Origin: Vairimorpha necatrix
Taxonomy: Eukaryota
Direction of reading: 5' to 3'
Length of the DNA: 64,000 bases
Assembly: GCA_036630325.1 (NCBI GenBank)
Contig: CP142734.1
Location: 868,001-932,000, forward strand
Shown: one piece after another, positions 46,476-60,419 of the stretch
Layout: every line of letters begins with the position of its first letter
How positions within the stretch are numbered: position 1 is the first letter of the stretch
Notes under the pieces: generated by a model
Told to the model about the DNA's origin: nothing
Database searches by the model: none
Seen by the model: the letters and a program-made list of their open reading frames with translations, nothing else
Position numbers and translations under genes: made by a program

Positions 46476-49400
46476 TGTGATATATTTGTATAATTTCTAT
46501 TCCCTATTAAGACAAATAAAGACATAAGGGCGATACCGAATCGAAAGTTTAAAAGTGTGGACTGTGGTCTAGAGGCCAAAAAGCTATTAAAGGAAGTTAG
46601 AAGAATTATCTATAGGTTAGAGATGGAGGAATTAGAATTCAGTATGTGGAAGCAGAGAATATTTATCGAAGGACGTGAAGAAATAAAAAATTCTATGGTA
46701 GAAAGAATTAGTAAAGAGGACGAATATTATAAAATAATCGAGAAATTGGAGGAGGAAATGTTTAGAAAAGAAAGAAGAAGAAAATAGGAGAGAACTTATG
46801 GAGGCTATAAGTGAGAATGTTATAGAAAGCGTGAGAAAGAAATGCAACAGAAAGATTTAGTTTTAGGAATCCAGTAAAGATTTATGAAGGAATAGGAATT
46901 GTTTTAATTGTAACAAATTTGGCCATATGGCTAGATCTGCAATGTAGGAAGGAAAAATAACGGGAAAATAATAAAAGTATAATCCGTACTTAAAGTTAGA
47001 CGAAAGTTGCAGTCGTAGTAGCAGTAATGATAGAAAAAAATATAAACCAAGTGCAAATACAAAACGAATTAAGTTAAAGCAATATAATAATAGTGATAGA
47101 AGACATAAAGAAAGAATATATGCGAGCAATAAAGAGACGAAAAGAAGATTACTGAAGAGGGAATTTACGTTGGAAGATCTCAAAGCGGAATATGAAGAAG
47201 TTTTTAAACAAGGAGATGAGGTTATAAGTTATTGTACATTAGAGAAGTGTAAGATAGATACTCCAGAGGGTAAGAAGATAGTCAGAAAGGGACAGACGAT
47301 CCCACAGGCTTTGATCAAACAGACTGAGGAATATATTAATGATTTAGAAAATAGAAAAATTATAAGAAGATTGTCATCTTAATTTACAAAACTCAATAAG
47401 AGCGATACTTACCCCACGGTATAGTAAGAGTAGTTAGTAACTTTATAGGGTTAAATGCTTTAGTCGAGAAAGACTCGTATGAGCTAACGAATATCAGGAA
47501 AATAATAAGAGCTACCCAAAAGTCGATAATATTTACTGTGGCTGATTGCAAAGAAGCATTTTGCCATTTTGAAATCGAAGAAAAAGATAAACATAATATG
47601 GCGTTGAATTTAATAAAAAGTTTACGAATGGAATAGTATGGTGATGGGATACAAAAATTCCCCACAGATACTACAGCGAACGATGAAAACGATTTTTGAG
47701 GATTGCACAGAAAAAGGCGTTGAGGTATACATGGACGATATAGTTATACATGCCAACAAATTACGTATACACGATGAACTAGTAAGAGAGGTTTTAGAAA
47801 GAATTCAGAGAAATAAAATATTAAAATACGGGTTAGACAAGCGGAAGTAAAACTATTAGGTGTGACGCCGAATGGAACAGACATGAAGGCCGACGAAATA
47901 AAGAAAAATGGAGCCTTGGAGTATCCAGATCCATAAACTTTGACGGAATTAAGAAGATTTCTAGGATTTACTGGGTGGTTCATACCATTATAAAAGATTA
48001 TGACGGGTTGACGTTGAAAATGACGGATAGTTTGAAGAAAAATGGCAATTCATGGAAATTAACGGAAGAGATGAAAAAGGAATTTACTGGAATACAAAAA
48101 TGTGTTAAGAAATATGGGAAGACTAAGATTGTCGGACTATAATAAGGAGTTCATACTAAGAACAGACGCTAGCAATTTGAGATTGGATGCGGTGTTACTT
48201 CAGAAGAATGAGAGTGGAGAATTGTTGCTATACAATAGGTATCTAAAAAGCTAACACCTACCGAAATAAGATATGGAATATCAGAAAAGGAAATGCTTGC
48301 GATATATTGGGTCATTGATAAATTTAAATACGAGTTAAGAGGTAGAAAATTCAAGATAGAAACGGATCACAAAACACTGGTGGAGATAAGAAACAAACCG
48401 TTCTTCAATAATAACAGAATAAATTTACAATCGAAAATATACATGAATATGTTTTTAGTATTGAATATAAAAAACATGATGATATGGTGGCAGCAGATGC
48501 GTTGAGTCGAATAAACATGGAAAAGGATATTAATCAAATGAAAAATAAAGAGCGAACAATCAAGCAAATAGAAGGTAAATGGAAAGCAATATTGGCAATT
48601 TGACTCAGGACGTAAAGTTGAAATACCACCTGAGAATATAAGGAGACAATTAATCCAAGAATATCATGAAAAAGTAGGCCACAGATGCATGACAAGTGTT
48701 TATTATGGAATGAGAGAAGAATACTATTGGCCAGGAGTAAAAAAAGAAATAAACGAGGTTAAAAACAGTGTCAGAAATGCCAGATATATAACAGAAAAAA
48801 TATGGGTGGTCGTGAATTTGTAGATACGTCGAGATACCTAGAGAAGGTTGCATTAGATTTGATAGACTTCAGAAATGAGAAGAAATATGCCTTAGTTGCT
48901 ATAATTTATTTTACACGTAGAGTATGGGGAGTAGTTATAAATAACAAGTCAAGTAATAATGTTGTTGGATATTAAAAAAAATTATGTGAGCAAGGGAAGA
49001 ACCCGGAAGAAAGCATTACAAATAACAAAAAAGAGTTTATTAACTTGGAATTTAGAAAATTATGCAGAGATCTGGACATAATACACGACAAGTAAGTATA
49101 GAAGCGCATATAAGTAACGAAAAAGTAGAGCGTGTTATAGATACTCAGAGAGAAAATATTATAAAGTCGGATGCGGAAACTTTTGAAGGTAAAAAGTGCG
49201 ACAAATATAATCAGAGCTATCATACAGGAATAAAATGTACACCAATAGATGCGACCGAAGATAAAACTGGAGACGTAATGCTTGTAAATAGCCCTATAGG
49301 GAAATATTGCAATACGTTTAGAAAAGGAAAGATTGAAAAATTTAGTAAAGAACAATTGATAAGAATATCTAAACGTTTTTTTTCGCAGGAGTTAATAAGT

Positions 49401-49621
49401 ATGAGAAAGGAGATTTTTGGATACAGGGAAAATTGTCGAAAAGTGTGAAAAAAATTCTTATATTGTAAAACTTAGTAATAGTAGGCTTGTGAAAAAGAGA
49501 CATTATGATCTGAAAAGTATGCTTGGTATAGATGTGAAAATTGGATGAGACTAACCGTCTTGAGGGTGTGTGTGTGATATATTTGTATAATTTCTAACCC
49601 CTATTATGATAAATAAAGACA
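46476..49621 (+). mobile_element. Full-length, decayed miniature Ty3/Gypsy element, family 2-related (49-bp LTRs)
   Basis: LTRs at 46476-46524 and 49573-49621 (4 mismatches), TSD TATTA and PBS-like TAAGGGCGATACCG. Fragments CFNCNKFGHMARSA, MGYKNSP, YMDD, TDH and integrase. Confidence 0.92.
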
Positions 49622-49859
49622 TATTATATACTTTTACAAATGCGAAATCATTGCTTTAAAAATTAAATTTATAGTGAAATCAATTTAAGAGAATAAAACT
49701 TTCTGCAATTATAAAAATAGCAATAAAAGTCTAGAAATTATAAAAATTATTACGTTGCATGAAACAAATATCATCGCAATTATTTTGAAAAAATGTTATC
49801 AATAAACATTAACAACTGAATCTTATAAGATATGAATAAATGTAATTTGGGTAAGCTTA

Positions 49860-50465
49860 GTGTTGTTTTACTTCTAATTTAAAAAGGATAGGTTTCGATT
49901 TGGCGTCTCCTACATGTAATAAGCTTTTGCTCATAGCTTTATCCTCATCGGCTTCGTCTCCTATCCTTAGGTAGTCTAGAGAAATGCTTTCTAGCGTTTT
50001 CTTAGCGTGATAATCGGAAAAAACGCTTCTACCTTCTTAGTGATTTCAAGTTTTGTGGCATAAGATTTGTATGACTTAGTAACTATACCGTCCCAAGTGA
50101 TTACGTATAAAATTATTTATGTTTTAAAACCATATATTTAGCTCGGTTCGTTCGCAAGAACATCATACTTTCTTAATTTATCGTTTTCTACTTGCTGTAG
50201 ATTCTCTTTTGATGTGACTCCTATTTCGATCATTCTAATCAATTTGTTCTTTTTATCTACTACGACAATGTCCGGTTTATATTTGATCTTTATGTCTGTT
50301 TTTACCGTCGTGTCTATTCTTATTTCCACATCTTTGTTGGCAACTATCTGTTGTACTGAGTGGTTTCTTAATCTCTTCTTGGGCTGCACTTTATATTTTT
50401 TACACAGTAGTAGGTGAATGCACTTTAAATTTCATTATGCCTTCTCATATAATCGTGTCCTAACA
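49860..50465 (-). mobile_element. 3' fragment of RLE-type non-LTR retrotransposon
   Basis: GHDYMRRHN, KPDIVVVDK..IEIGVT and KLRKYDVLANE form a PD-(D/E)xK restriction-like endonuclease motif. Confidence 0.8.
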
Positions 50466-51259
50466 TAATTATATAATTATATGATTTTTTATTTTCGTAT
50501 ATTAAATATTATATCCTTATAAATTTGATGTTATTAATGATTAAAGGATATTTAAAGACCAAAAATTTTAAAATTTACGGCATAGCTTTACTATAAAAAC
50601 CAATGAAATAGTAAAATAAGACCAAATTGATATATGCAAAAAAATATAATAGCCAAACTTAAAATCTGTTTATAACAACAAAATCCGTTTGAAAACATGT
50701 AGAAGAAAAAGAAAATGATTGTAACGACAAAAGAATAAGAAATTTAAGACATATTTTTACAAATTGAAGTTATATAAACAATCACTTTATGCAGATACAT
50801 TATTCAAAAGTATTTATTTTAATGCCGTAGAGGAATAAGGCTCAAATTAAATCTTAAAAATGACATTTTTACATGGTATATTTTTGTCTGTTCCTTTCCG
50901 CTCTAAATGCTTTGACTTTCAAAAACAAGGCTAAAAAAATTTGCATTATAATACAAGGGGAGGCAAAGTGGAAATTGGCCGTTATACATGATATTCTTAT
51001 ATTTAGTAACATTAAAACAAAAATAATTATACGAACAAAAAAACATAATAAAAGAACAAATAAAACGAACATTATTTTATTCAACCATATTTTATAAATA
51101 TCATATACGATAAACATCTAAAAAAAGAGTTTTTTTTTTGAAATATTATAACAATAAGTTTTTATCTTCGTTTTATTTTCTATATATATATATATATATA
51201 TCCCAAATCCATTCCAAATAATTGATAAAAATTGATTTCTTAAAAAAAAAAGAAGATTC

Positions 51260-52093
51260 GGAGCTGGGATACTTACAGCCCCCGCATTTGGGGCGCTACG
51301 ATTTTTTTTTCCGAACCCCAAAAATGAAGTGTAAAAAAAGGAGGAGCAAAGAAGAGACGAAAATTACTAGGCACTTATGATATTAAAAATACTAAATAAA
51401 TATATGCTTTTATACAAAAATTAATTTTAGATTTAGTTATAATAATCATTTTAAGTATTGTGTCTTTTTTCACCCTTCTTATTTTTTCAATTTTTTTTAA
51501 TTGTTGGTTTATTATGAAAGTAGATTTTCTTCAAAAATCTACTTTATTAATAAACCAACAATTAAAATTATAAATATTATTTATATAAGAAAATTTAAAT
51601 AAATGTTCAACGATCTATACAGATTGTTAAATCAAAAAATTTAATTTAAATATGTTAAGTTATTTTGAATTATATAGTTTTATGGTCATATTCTTTTTTT
51701 AAATTAAATTTCGTATAAGAATATATATTTATTTGGTATTTTTACTGTTTGAAGATGCAAGTAATTTGAGTACTAACGATTGCTTATCCTTTATTTTGCA
51801 CTTCGTTTTGGGGGTTCAAAATAATAAAGTGAACACCCTCAGAGGGGAGCGTTTTTGTCCCCAATTCTAAAAAATCAGAAGGGCAAAAAATGCTTAGTGG
51901 TTTATATTATTGTAAAAACTTGTATTAAAATATAATAGTGTACATAAATATATATTTAAAGGTATTTTTAATATTATAAGTGCCTAGTAATTTTCGTCTC
52001 TTCTTTGCTCCTCCTTTTTTTACACTTCATTTTTGGGGTTCGGAAAAAAAATCGTAGCGCCTCAAATGCGGGGGCTGTAAGTTCTCTTTAGCC
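51260..52093. mobile_element. Second foldback MITE, inverted relative to 22934-23772
   Basis: Inverted arms of about 130 bp, GG termini and 8-bp TSD GAAGATTC. The internal region is the reverse complement of the first copy. Confidence 0.88.
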
Positions 52094-52579
52094 GAAGATT
52101 CAATACGCCATATGATAATCTTATAAAAGATCAATTATTTCTAAAATTTTTTATAAAAATTGAACGCATTTCTCAAATGGAAAAATAAAGATAAAATAAT
52201 TAAGAACTGGGATTGAATAAAATAAAATGTAAAAATTTGCAAATAAAACAGATGATATTTATTTTTTGATCATCTTTAGATGGAGAAAAAATGTGATTTG
52301 AAATTTTTAATAAAATTTCACACATCATTTTAATTTATAGTTGCGCAATAATTTAATCAATTATAAAAAATAAAGAACATAAGTGATTTTATTTTTGAAG
52401 ATGATTAGTTATGTTTTAATTAATAAAATTTAAATATCTGAGAATTTCAAGGTAAACAAGAAATTGATTTATAAAACGTTTGACAAGATATTTACATTAA
52501 GTTATCCAGATCTCGAGGAATAATCCAATTTTGTAATTAAATTTTGGTATAAAAATTAATTTTTGCGCTACCCCCAAAT

Positions 52580-54242
52580 ATGAATCTTCTTAAAGTACTT
52601 TCTGTGATTATGTTTGGTTTTGCACAAACCGAAGAACTTAATGAGTTAATAAGAAATCAGCTTTTTGAAAGAATTGAAACGGGAAGATACCTTTTTTGTG
52701 ATAAGAAAAAAGCTAATAATTACATTAATGTCTATGCAGATTTAGGTATTGGTAAATATAATATTAAATTTATTACGAAGGTTGGTTTCGGTGATGAATG
52801 CATTTTAGAATTAATTATTCCAATAAAGAATAAATCATATGATGATATTATTAAGATAATTGAAGGCAACATAAAATTAATATCAAATGATTCTCGGGAG
52901 TATACATATCTATTTTACTGTGGATATTATCAATTTAATTATCCTAATATTAAAAATCTATTGAAAAAACTCAAAGAAATTAACACCCTAAGAAGAATCG
53001 ATAGTAAAAACACAGATATTTACTATGAAAATATTTTCTATGATATGGATGTTTTACAAAGAATAATTACAAAAACGAGAACTTATGAAAATGAGTCTAT
53101 TAGAGAACCGCAATCTTCAATAGTTTATTATGATGAATTATTTACAAACAATAAAATTGTTTTGTTGATTATCGACATAGAAAATGTGCTATTTTTTTTT
53201 GATTTTTGTGTTGATGAACTTTATAACAAAGTAGACGTAGAAGTTTATGAAGATGGTAGCAACGAAAGTAAAATGATAAAAAAAATTCTAGATATACATA
53301 AGTTATCACGAGAAAAATTTAATTTATATGTCGTAGAGGTTGATGATTCTGTAGATATTTATAGTAACTGTATTTGCATAAGAAAACGCGATCGAGATTA
53401 TGAGATTGATATCAAAGCAAATAAAGTAATTTTTAAGTCAAAAGATAAGAAAACTACTTTTTATGTAAAAGACTCCAAGCCTAAAGAGAAAGATAACCGC
53501 TACATTAGTAAAGCTTGTCATATAGAATTTCAAAGAATATTTTATCGATTATCTGGTACAAATTATTTGAGAGAAATTGAGCTGTTTTTCGTTTTACTAA
53601 AGAACCATAAGAAGATAGAATATTTTGTTCAAAGAATTTTGAACAAACCAGGATCCGCTTTATATATGATATTTGCTTGGCAATTGTATGATTGCTTCCT
53701 ACAACATTATCGTGATTCACGAATTAAGATCCAAAATAAAGAAGACAGTGAAACTGAAAGAATCCAATTCATAAAAGATCTAACCGTTTTTATAGAAAAA
53801 AAAAAATGGCAGTGATCTTTGTGTAATAATTATTTGTTTAATCATTGAAGCAGAAACATACATGCAAGAAGATAATCTAATTGACGATAAATTGTTTAAA
53901 ACGATAAAAGAAATCGGCAATATCATTGCTGAAAAGGACGTTATAACTGATGATGATACGGGTATACGTGAAAAAAGAATTGATTTGTTCTATATTCTCG
54001 GTGAAATGGTAACTCTATACAGAGATGCTTTAAAAATATATAGTGAAAAAATTACGGAAAAAGTCATTAAAACAGCCGCATTATATACTGATTTAAGCTA
54101 TATAAATATCTATGAATATGAAAAAGGGCTAATCGAAAAAAAGAAACTAATTATTAAAGAATGCGACATCGACGCAAGTGAGCAAAAAAAAAATATGGAA
54201 GAATTAAAAGGAAGATTAAAGAAAAAAATCAATAAATCGTAA
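52580..54242 (+). CDS. Hypothetical ~553-aa protein with signal-like N-terminus (apparent frameshift in A11 run at ~53796-53806)
   Basis: CCCCCAAAT-ATG. Deleting one A joins ORF 52580 to ORF 53862 through EKKNGSDLCVIIICLIIEAETYMQ with no stop. Confidence 0.75.
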
Positions 54243-54719
54243 ACTAATTATGGATATATTAACATTGTAGTTTAATCACTTCAAAGTCTTTTTGTAGAAA
54301 TACTTATTAGTATCAATTTGAATTTAGAAAATAGCGCTTTTATATATATTTTAGGAAAAATAAGAAATTTTAAATGAAAAAATAGGAAAGCTGATAAAAA
54401 TGCCTGAAATGAATCATGTATAATAAGAAACGATAGGAAAAAATCAAACAATACGCTTGACTAAAACGATTGTAGGTGAAAAATTCTAAATAAGTAAACA
54501 TTTGAAAGTAGTTGAAGATTCAATTTGATATACTAATAAAAATACGATCCAAAACAAGCAGCGGTTAAAAATTCATCATATCTAAAATAACGAATAATTT
54601 ACAAATATCTAATGATGTTTTGAACGTACAATAAAATTTTTTATTATTTTTTATTTACTTAAATATTTTTATCCAAATAATTTAGTAAATGAATGCAAAA
54701 TTTATGAGCATAGGCAGTA

Positions 54720-57700
54720 TGTAATTACTCATAGAATTCAGGTCTAAAGGTTTATTGTTTATGTGGTCTAGTTATAACTTTTCTGCTTTACGGCAGGAGC
54801 CTTTGGTCAAGTTGTCAAAGACGATGCTCATTAAGAAATGGCTGATTTAAAATCCCGGACCGTAAAAATTGTTGTTACTTTCCATGAGGCTGCTGGAAAA
54901 TCTCAGATGATTTAAATATCAACGATAATCATTTAGTCAATTCAATAAAATTTGCTGAGACAAGCATTTAAAAGGGGTTATGTCTGGTTAAAATAACGGC
55001 CAATCATATCAAAGAAGAAGGTCGACGACAACAGCTAGACAGAGTGTCAACGGGATTATCGGACTCTCTTATCTATACCAGAAAGCCTAGCAAAATTATG
55101 CCAACTTCGCCTTCTGGGAGTCAGAAGGTCAAGAAAAAAAGAAATTTCCGAAGCCATAGATATACTGGGCCTAGAAAATTTTAAAAGAAATTCCAAAATG
55201 CAATAGAATGCTGAATAAAGAAGATGCAAGTCTATAGAGAAAGGTATGCTCTATGGTCTTAACATCAATCATTTATATGGAAAATAGTAGGACATAGAAA
55301 TCCTCTTAAAAGTAGAAAAGCCAACAGTCTAAGGCCTTCAAGAAACTTAAAAGAAACCCTCAGGTTAAACAGGACTAGAACTGTTATGGTGGTTGTGACA
55401 CCAGTTATAGGAAAGAATAGGCCGGATCTAATGACTCTGGCCAGAAAGAAGGGGCAGTAAGATGTTATAAAAAAGAGAATGACGAAATATTCTAATTACT
55501 GTCGTTGAATTCAAAACTAGTACGAAGAAAGGGCAAAGATCTTAATAATCAATGTTTACGTTTTAAAAGAAAAGAGAGTTAAAGGCCGAACCTCTAAGTA
55601 AAGTCATTGTCCTTATTAGTATCGAAAGGATAAAAAAACTACAAGAAAATAGTAGTGAAGGGGAAATGAATACATAATGTTAAGGGACAGATCTCCAGTG
55701 ATTCTAAGATGACCCTGGAGACCATAGACTACTATTCTATAAGTATTATTATTCTTCTTCTCTTAATGTTTTTGGTGGGAAATTGGACAGTTTCTTCCCT
55801 CCGACAAACAAGAAAGAAACTCATACCCAGAAGGGTATCAAGAATAATAAAAATAGTAGTTTAAAACATTCTTCTCGGTCTGTTGGGAAATTGACAGATC
55901 ACACTAGTAAATCTTCCCTCAAAAAGAAGCTTATTTTTGGAATTATGTTTTGAAAAATTAACCGATTTTCAGGAATAAGAATCCTGAGTGATAGACAAGT
56001 TCTTGAAGACAAATGGATACGATATTTAGAGGGTTTAAATCGGACAATATGAAAATAACAATTTCAGAAAGATGGACGGTAAGTGATCATCTTTTGCTAT
56101 AGATAATGATATCTCTCCCCTTCCCAATGAGAGAACGACATTTTGCATACAATAGGAAGAAACTTGAGCATCTAGGAATAGAAGCTAAGCTTTCAAGAAA
56201 GTTGAATGAGAAAACATTTAAACTAGATGAACTCTCTAGAGTTTTAAAGAAGTTTGTAGGCGCTACTTCATTTTTTTGCCCCTCTAAAAACATACATAAA
56301 AAGATACAAAAACGTGTTATTTTTCAAATCTAAACATTTTTTTTTTTGAGGGGGGCAAGAAAATGAAGTTAAGGTATTTTTTGTCGATTTGAGAATTTTT
56401 AAATGCCTCCTTTAAATTCCTCATTAAGGGGTTAAAAAATTATAATTTTTTAATCCTTAGTAAGAAATTTAAAGGAAGCTATTCGGGAGCTAAATATCTG
56501 CGAAGATGCGTGTTTAGGCACAATGAAGCAGCAATTGATTTTTTTTAGATAATGGTCTTCTAAAAAGATCGATTGCTTGCAAACATTGTTCGACATCAGA
56601 ACGAACTGTTCTTATGAACATTAATGGATGTTCCGGCTAAATTGACGGTAAAGCTTATCGTTGTGTTAATAAAAAGTGTAGTTCGAAGAGCTCACTTAAA
56701 AATGGTACGATGTTTAAAGGGATAAGCGTTCAATTTCACAAAATTCTTAGAGCATTCTATGGCTGGGTATTAAATTATACTACTTACCAAGCAATAGATC
56801 TTTGCAAAATATGTGAAAATTAATATATTAAAATCAAGGATACAGTGATGGAGGTCATTGCTTCTAAAAGCGATGATAGCTACAAAATATGAGGAACTTC
56901 TGTTTGTGTACAATTTGATGAAACCGCCATATGTGAAGGGGTAATTATATCCAATCCTTCTTCAACTTTGGATTCCATGTCTGGAATTCAATGGATTATA
57001 AGCGGCAAAGTAGAAGGTGATTCTAGAGAATTTGTTCTTGAATTGCTACCTAATCGATAATCGAGTACTATTGAAGACTTTTTTAGACGCAGAGTAAAAC
57101 TTGGCTCAATTATAATTACTGATGGATACCCTTCATACCCATCAGCCTCTGAAAATTTTGGGAGTGAACATTACATAGTAAATCATTCGCTTGGATTTAT
57201 AAATGCAGAAGGAGACCACACAAATAATATAGAAAATTTGTGGTCCCATTTGAAGAATGAATATAGATCGAGAATGGGGCTTAAAAGGCATAGGATAAAT
57301 TTATCTCTAAAATAATTCGCTTGGGAAAAAAAATATCAATCATTTCAATAATGATGATCATAGGTGTGCGTATATAAAAATTTAAAACTTTGTAGGTTGG
57401 AATAAATAAAATTTGTTCTAAATAATTTTTTTTTCTAGGGGGGGCAAGAAAATGAAGTAGCGCCAGTTTGTATATCTTCCAAGATATGCAGTAAAGTAGA
57501 GCTATTTAAAGGGCTACCCATCAGATAAAGACGTGTCAATGTCTTTATAAGTTTTAGATATGCTACTAAGCGTATGCTCACGAATAGGTCCGTAACGTCT
57601 GTGCATAGGTGCATGTGTCTGAAGGATAAGATTAAGGCAACAAAGATAAAAGTTCTGAAAGATCGTGCTAAAATTTGGGCCTTTTGGGGCATCGAGCTCT

Positions 57701-60300
57701 ATAAAAGTAACAGATCTAGAGACTTCTGTTTATGAATGAAAACTTCTTTTAACGTCACTGTTAGATCATAAAATCTTTGTCTGAAAGATGCATCGGGCTT
57801 GGCTCATAACGAGCACTAAAAGAAGTTAGAGATAGCTAATGATTTATATGCTACTCTAGCTGATTCAAGTGCAGATGAGGAAAACGTCTATCAAAAGAAT
57901 ATCGAATGGAATTCTCCAGAGAACATCACTTTGGAGGAATTAATGAGAGCCACTAATAACTGTGATAACAACAAGGCAGCAGGTCCGTATGAGATACCGA
58001 CCGAGCTATACAAGATACTACTTAAACCTAGTTTAGACGATAAGGGCTACCTCTGTTCTTAGTGTACGAGTTCAACAGAATACTTTCAGAAGGCAGCCAT
58101 CCTGTTAGCTGGAGTGCTGCTGAATTATTTGCCTCCATAAAAAAGGAGATGTGTCAGATCTCAACAATTATAGAGGAATTGCGCTAATAAATACAATTAG
58201 CAAAATTTCCTTAAAAATAGTATACGACAGACCCTCAAGTTTGTTGACGAAAAGAACATTCTCCCTCCTTTCCAAGTTGGATCTAGAGAAAGAGAAGAAT
58301 GTATGAATCAGATTTCAACCTTGCTGGAGGTTGTTAAAAGAAGTGAATATCGAGGTCAACAAACATTTTTATGTTTTACTGATTTTGAAAAAGCTTACGA
58401 CAATGTTAGGCATGAGCTACTTTATAATAAGCTAGATAAGTATAGTATTCCAGGATATCTTATAAACACATTGAAAGATATTTATGGAAATACTAAGATT
58501 ATAATTTGTACAAAAGGAGACACGAGTATAGGATATCTCTACAAAAAAGGTGTGAGAGAGGAATACCCCTGTTTTCCAACGCTGTTCAATCTATTCATAA
58601 ATGATATCTTTGGCTGCATAACAGGATTGAGGGGGGTTCGCTCAAATATAAGCCTGGCGGACTGATGTTTGCAGATAACATCGTAGTTCTAGGCAATTCT
58701 CTTGCTGATTTGAAATATAAAGTGTGCCAAATCAGCAGATGGGCAGTTGAGAATCGTATGAAGATCAACTGTGACAAAAGTGGTATTTTAGTATGGTATG
58801 TTATAATAGATCCGAATCGGTAGATGTCTCTATCAGGAGTGAATTTGGAAAAAAATCTGCGAAGTCGCCGAATACAGGTATTTGGGTGTTCTTATAAAAA
58901 GATCTACTTTAGAAGAACACCTAGTAATTGATAAGACTTCAGAGGCAGAAAGCCTTAAAAGTCTTGAAACCAAAGCTTCTAAATAAAGGAATTCTTATAG
59001 CCCCTAAGGGATACTAATTAAAAATGTGCTATTCCTCACTAATGTACAAAGTGAATTATGGGGGATATCGAGTATAAGGTCTGGTGGGATTAATGGAATC
59101 CCAAGAAAAGCGATCCAAATGATATATCGGAAAAAAAAGTGCCATTAAATAGGATAATGAACGAACTCTGTATAAATAGAGTTCATAAACAGGCGGCTCA
59201 TAGTATATTTATGGCATTTAGGAAGTAGAAACACAATAAACCGATTATCTCGGAATTTATTAACCAACCCTCGAGGGAAAGGAAAACAACGTGGAGTTCA
59301 AGGACTAGACGTTGGTGTAAAAGGTATATCGGCAATGATTATGAAATCATGACTATGTTATAGGCAAGAACAAGATTTTAGAGGTACTCAAGGCAAGTTG
59401 GTCCTACAACACCACCTTAGGGGCTCTAGTAGCAGAAAGTATGGGATCTATGACTCGAAGATCAAGTAAATACTATCGAAGGTCAATAACAGGCAGATCA
59501 GGAATTTTACTAGGCTTCGGTGTAATTTAGTCAGATGGTCTTCTGCATTGGCTAATGCCAACAGAAGACCTTCTTTTTATGGGACTCATTGTTTCCTATG
59601 TGAGGGAGAACGAGAAGACCTTGAACACTTCTTGTTAGACTGTCCGACGCTCTCTAACACAAGATCTCTATATAAGAATAAAATAGCGAAGTTGAAATCT
59701 TCAACTCAAACAAAGAGGAGCTAGTTAAGATAATTATTGGTAACATCAATGGCATCAAAACTTGTTTTGATAAAAGGAAGTCTCTACTTGTAAGAGTAGA
59801 GTTCTAGACAGGATGATTGTACAACGATATATCGTTATACGAGAAAAGAAAAGGCTTGTAAGCCAGAACAGATCTAGAGAAATCTAGAAGAAAAAAAAAC
59901 ATGCTTTTACCTGGGGGAGGTATGGCAAGCTGCTGGTGCCGTAGCATTTACGTTGAACTAGTTAGGTTCTTAACTGACGAGTATGTCAGACGTGTTATTC
60001 ACTTAGAACATTGCTGAACGCAGGTCACAGACAGGAATGTTTGTGGTTCTAATCCTAAGGGATATTTTTCTCCTACAAGCAAGGCCTTTATAGTATGCTG
60101 GTGTGTATCACAAGTTATTGGCTGTTGAAGTTTTTACCGCTGGGTGGCTTTTCTTTAGTAACAATAAAAGTTTTTTGTGTTCTTTCGTAATTTTTCATTT
60201 TATAGTGTTGTAAAATTTCTCCAGTTTAGGCCTTCCCCTGGAAACCCTGTATTTTTTTACGTTAATTGCCCTGGAACGGGTCCTAGCGCATTTGTAAATA
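54720..60300 (+). mobile_element. Decayed APE-RT non-LTR retrotransposon (LINE), interrupted by a Merlin
   Basis: APE-like KPTV*GLQET near 55320. RT motifs KAAGPYEIP, NYRGIALIN, DFEKAYD, PTLFNLFINDI, MFADN and YRYLG. C-terminal CFLC..EDLEHFLLDC. The ends are approximate. Confidence 0.85.
56259..57464 (+). mobile_element. Merlin DNA transposon nested in the LINE, pseudogenised
   Basis: TIR GGCGCTACTTCATTTT and 8-bp TSD AGTTTGTA. Motifs VQFDETAIC, ITDGYPSY, VNHS and HTNNIE. It is related to 15258-16425. Confidence 0.92.
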
Positions 60301-60419
60301 ATGTGTCAAATACTAATTTTTCTTTAATATATTTATAAGAAAAAGGTCTTAATTCACTGATTTGTCATATGTATTTTAACTTGTTCTTTAAAAAATAAAA
60401 TTTTATTAAGGTGCGCATA

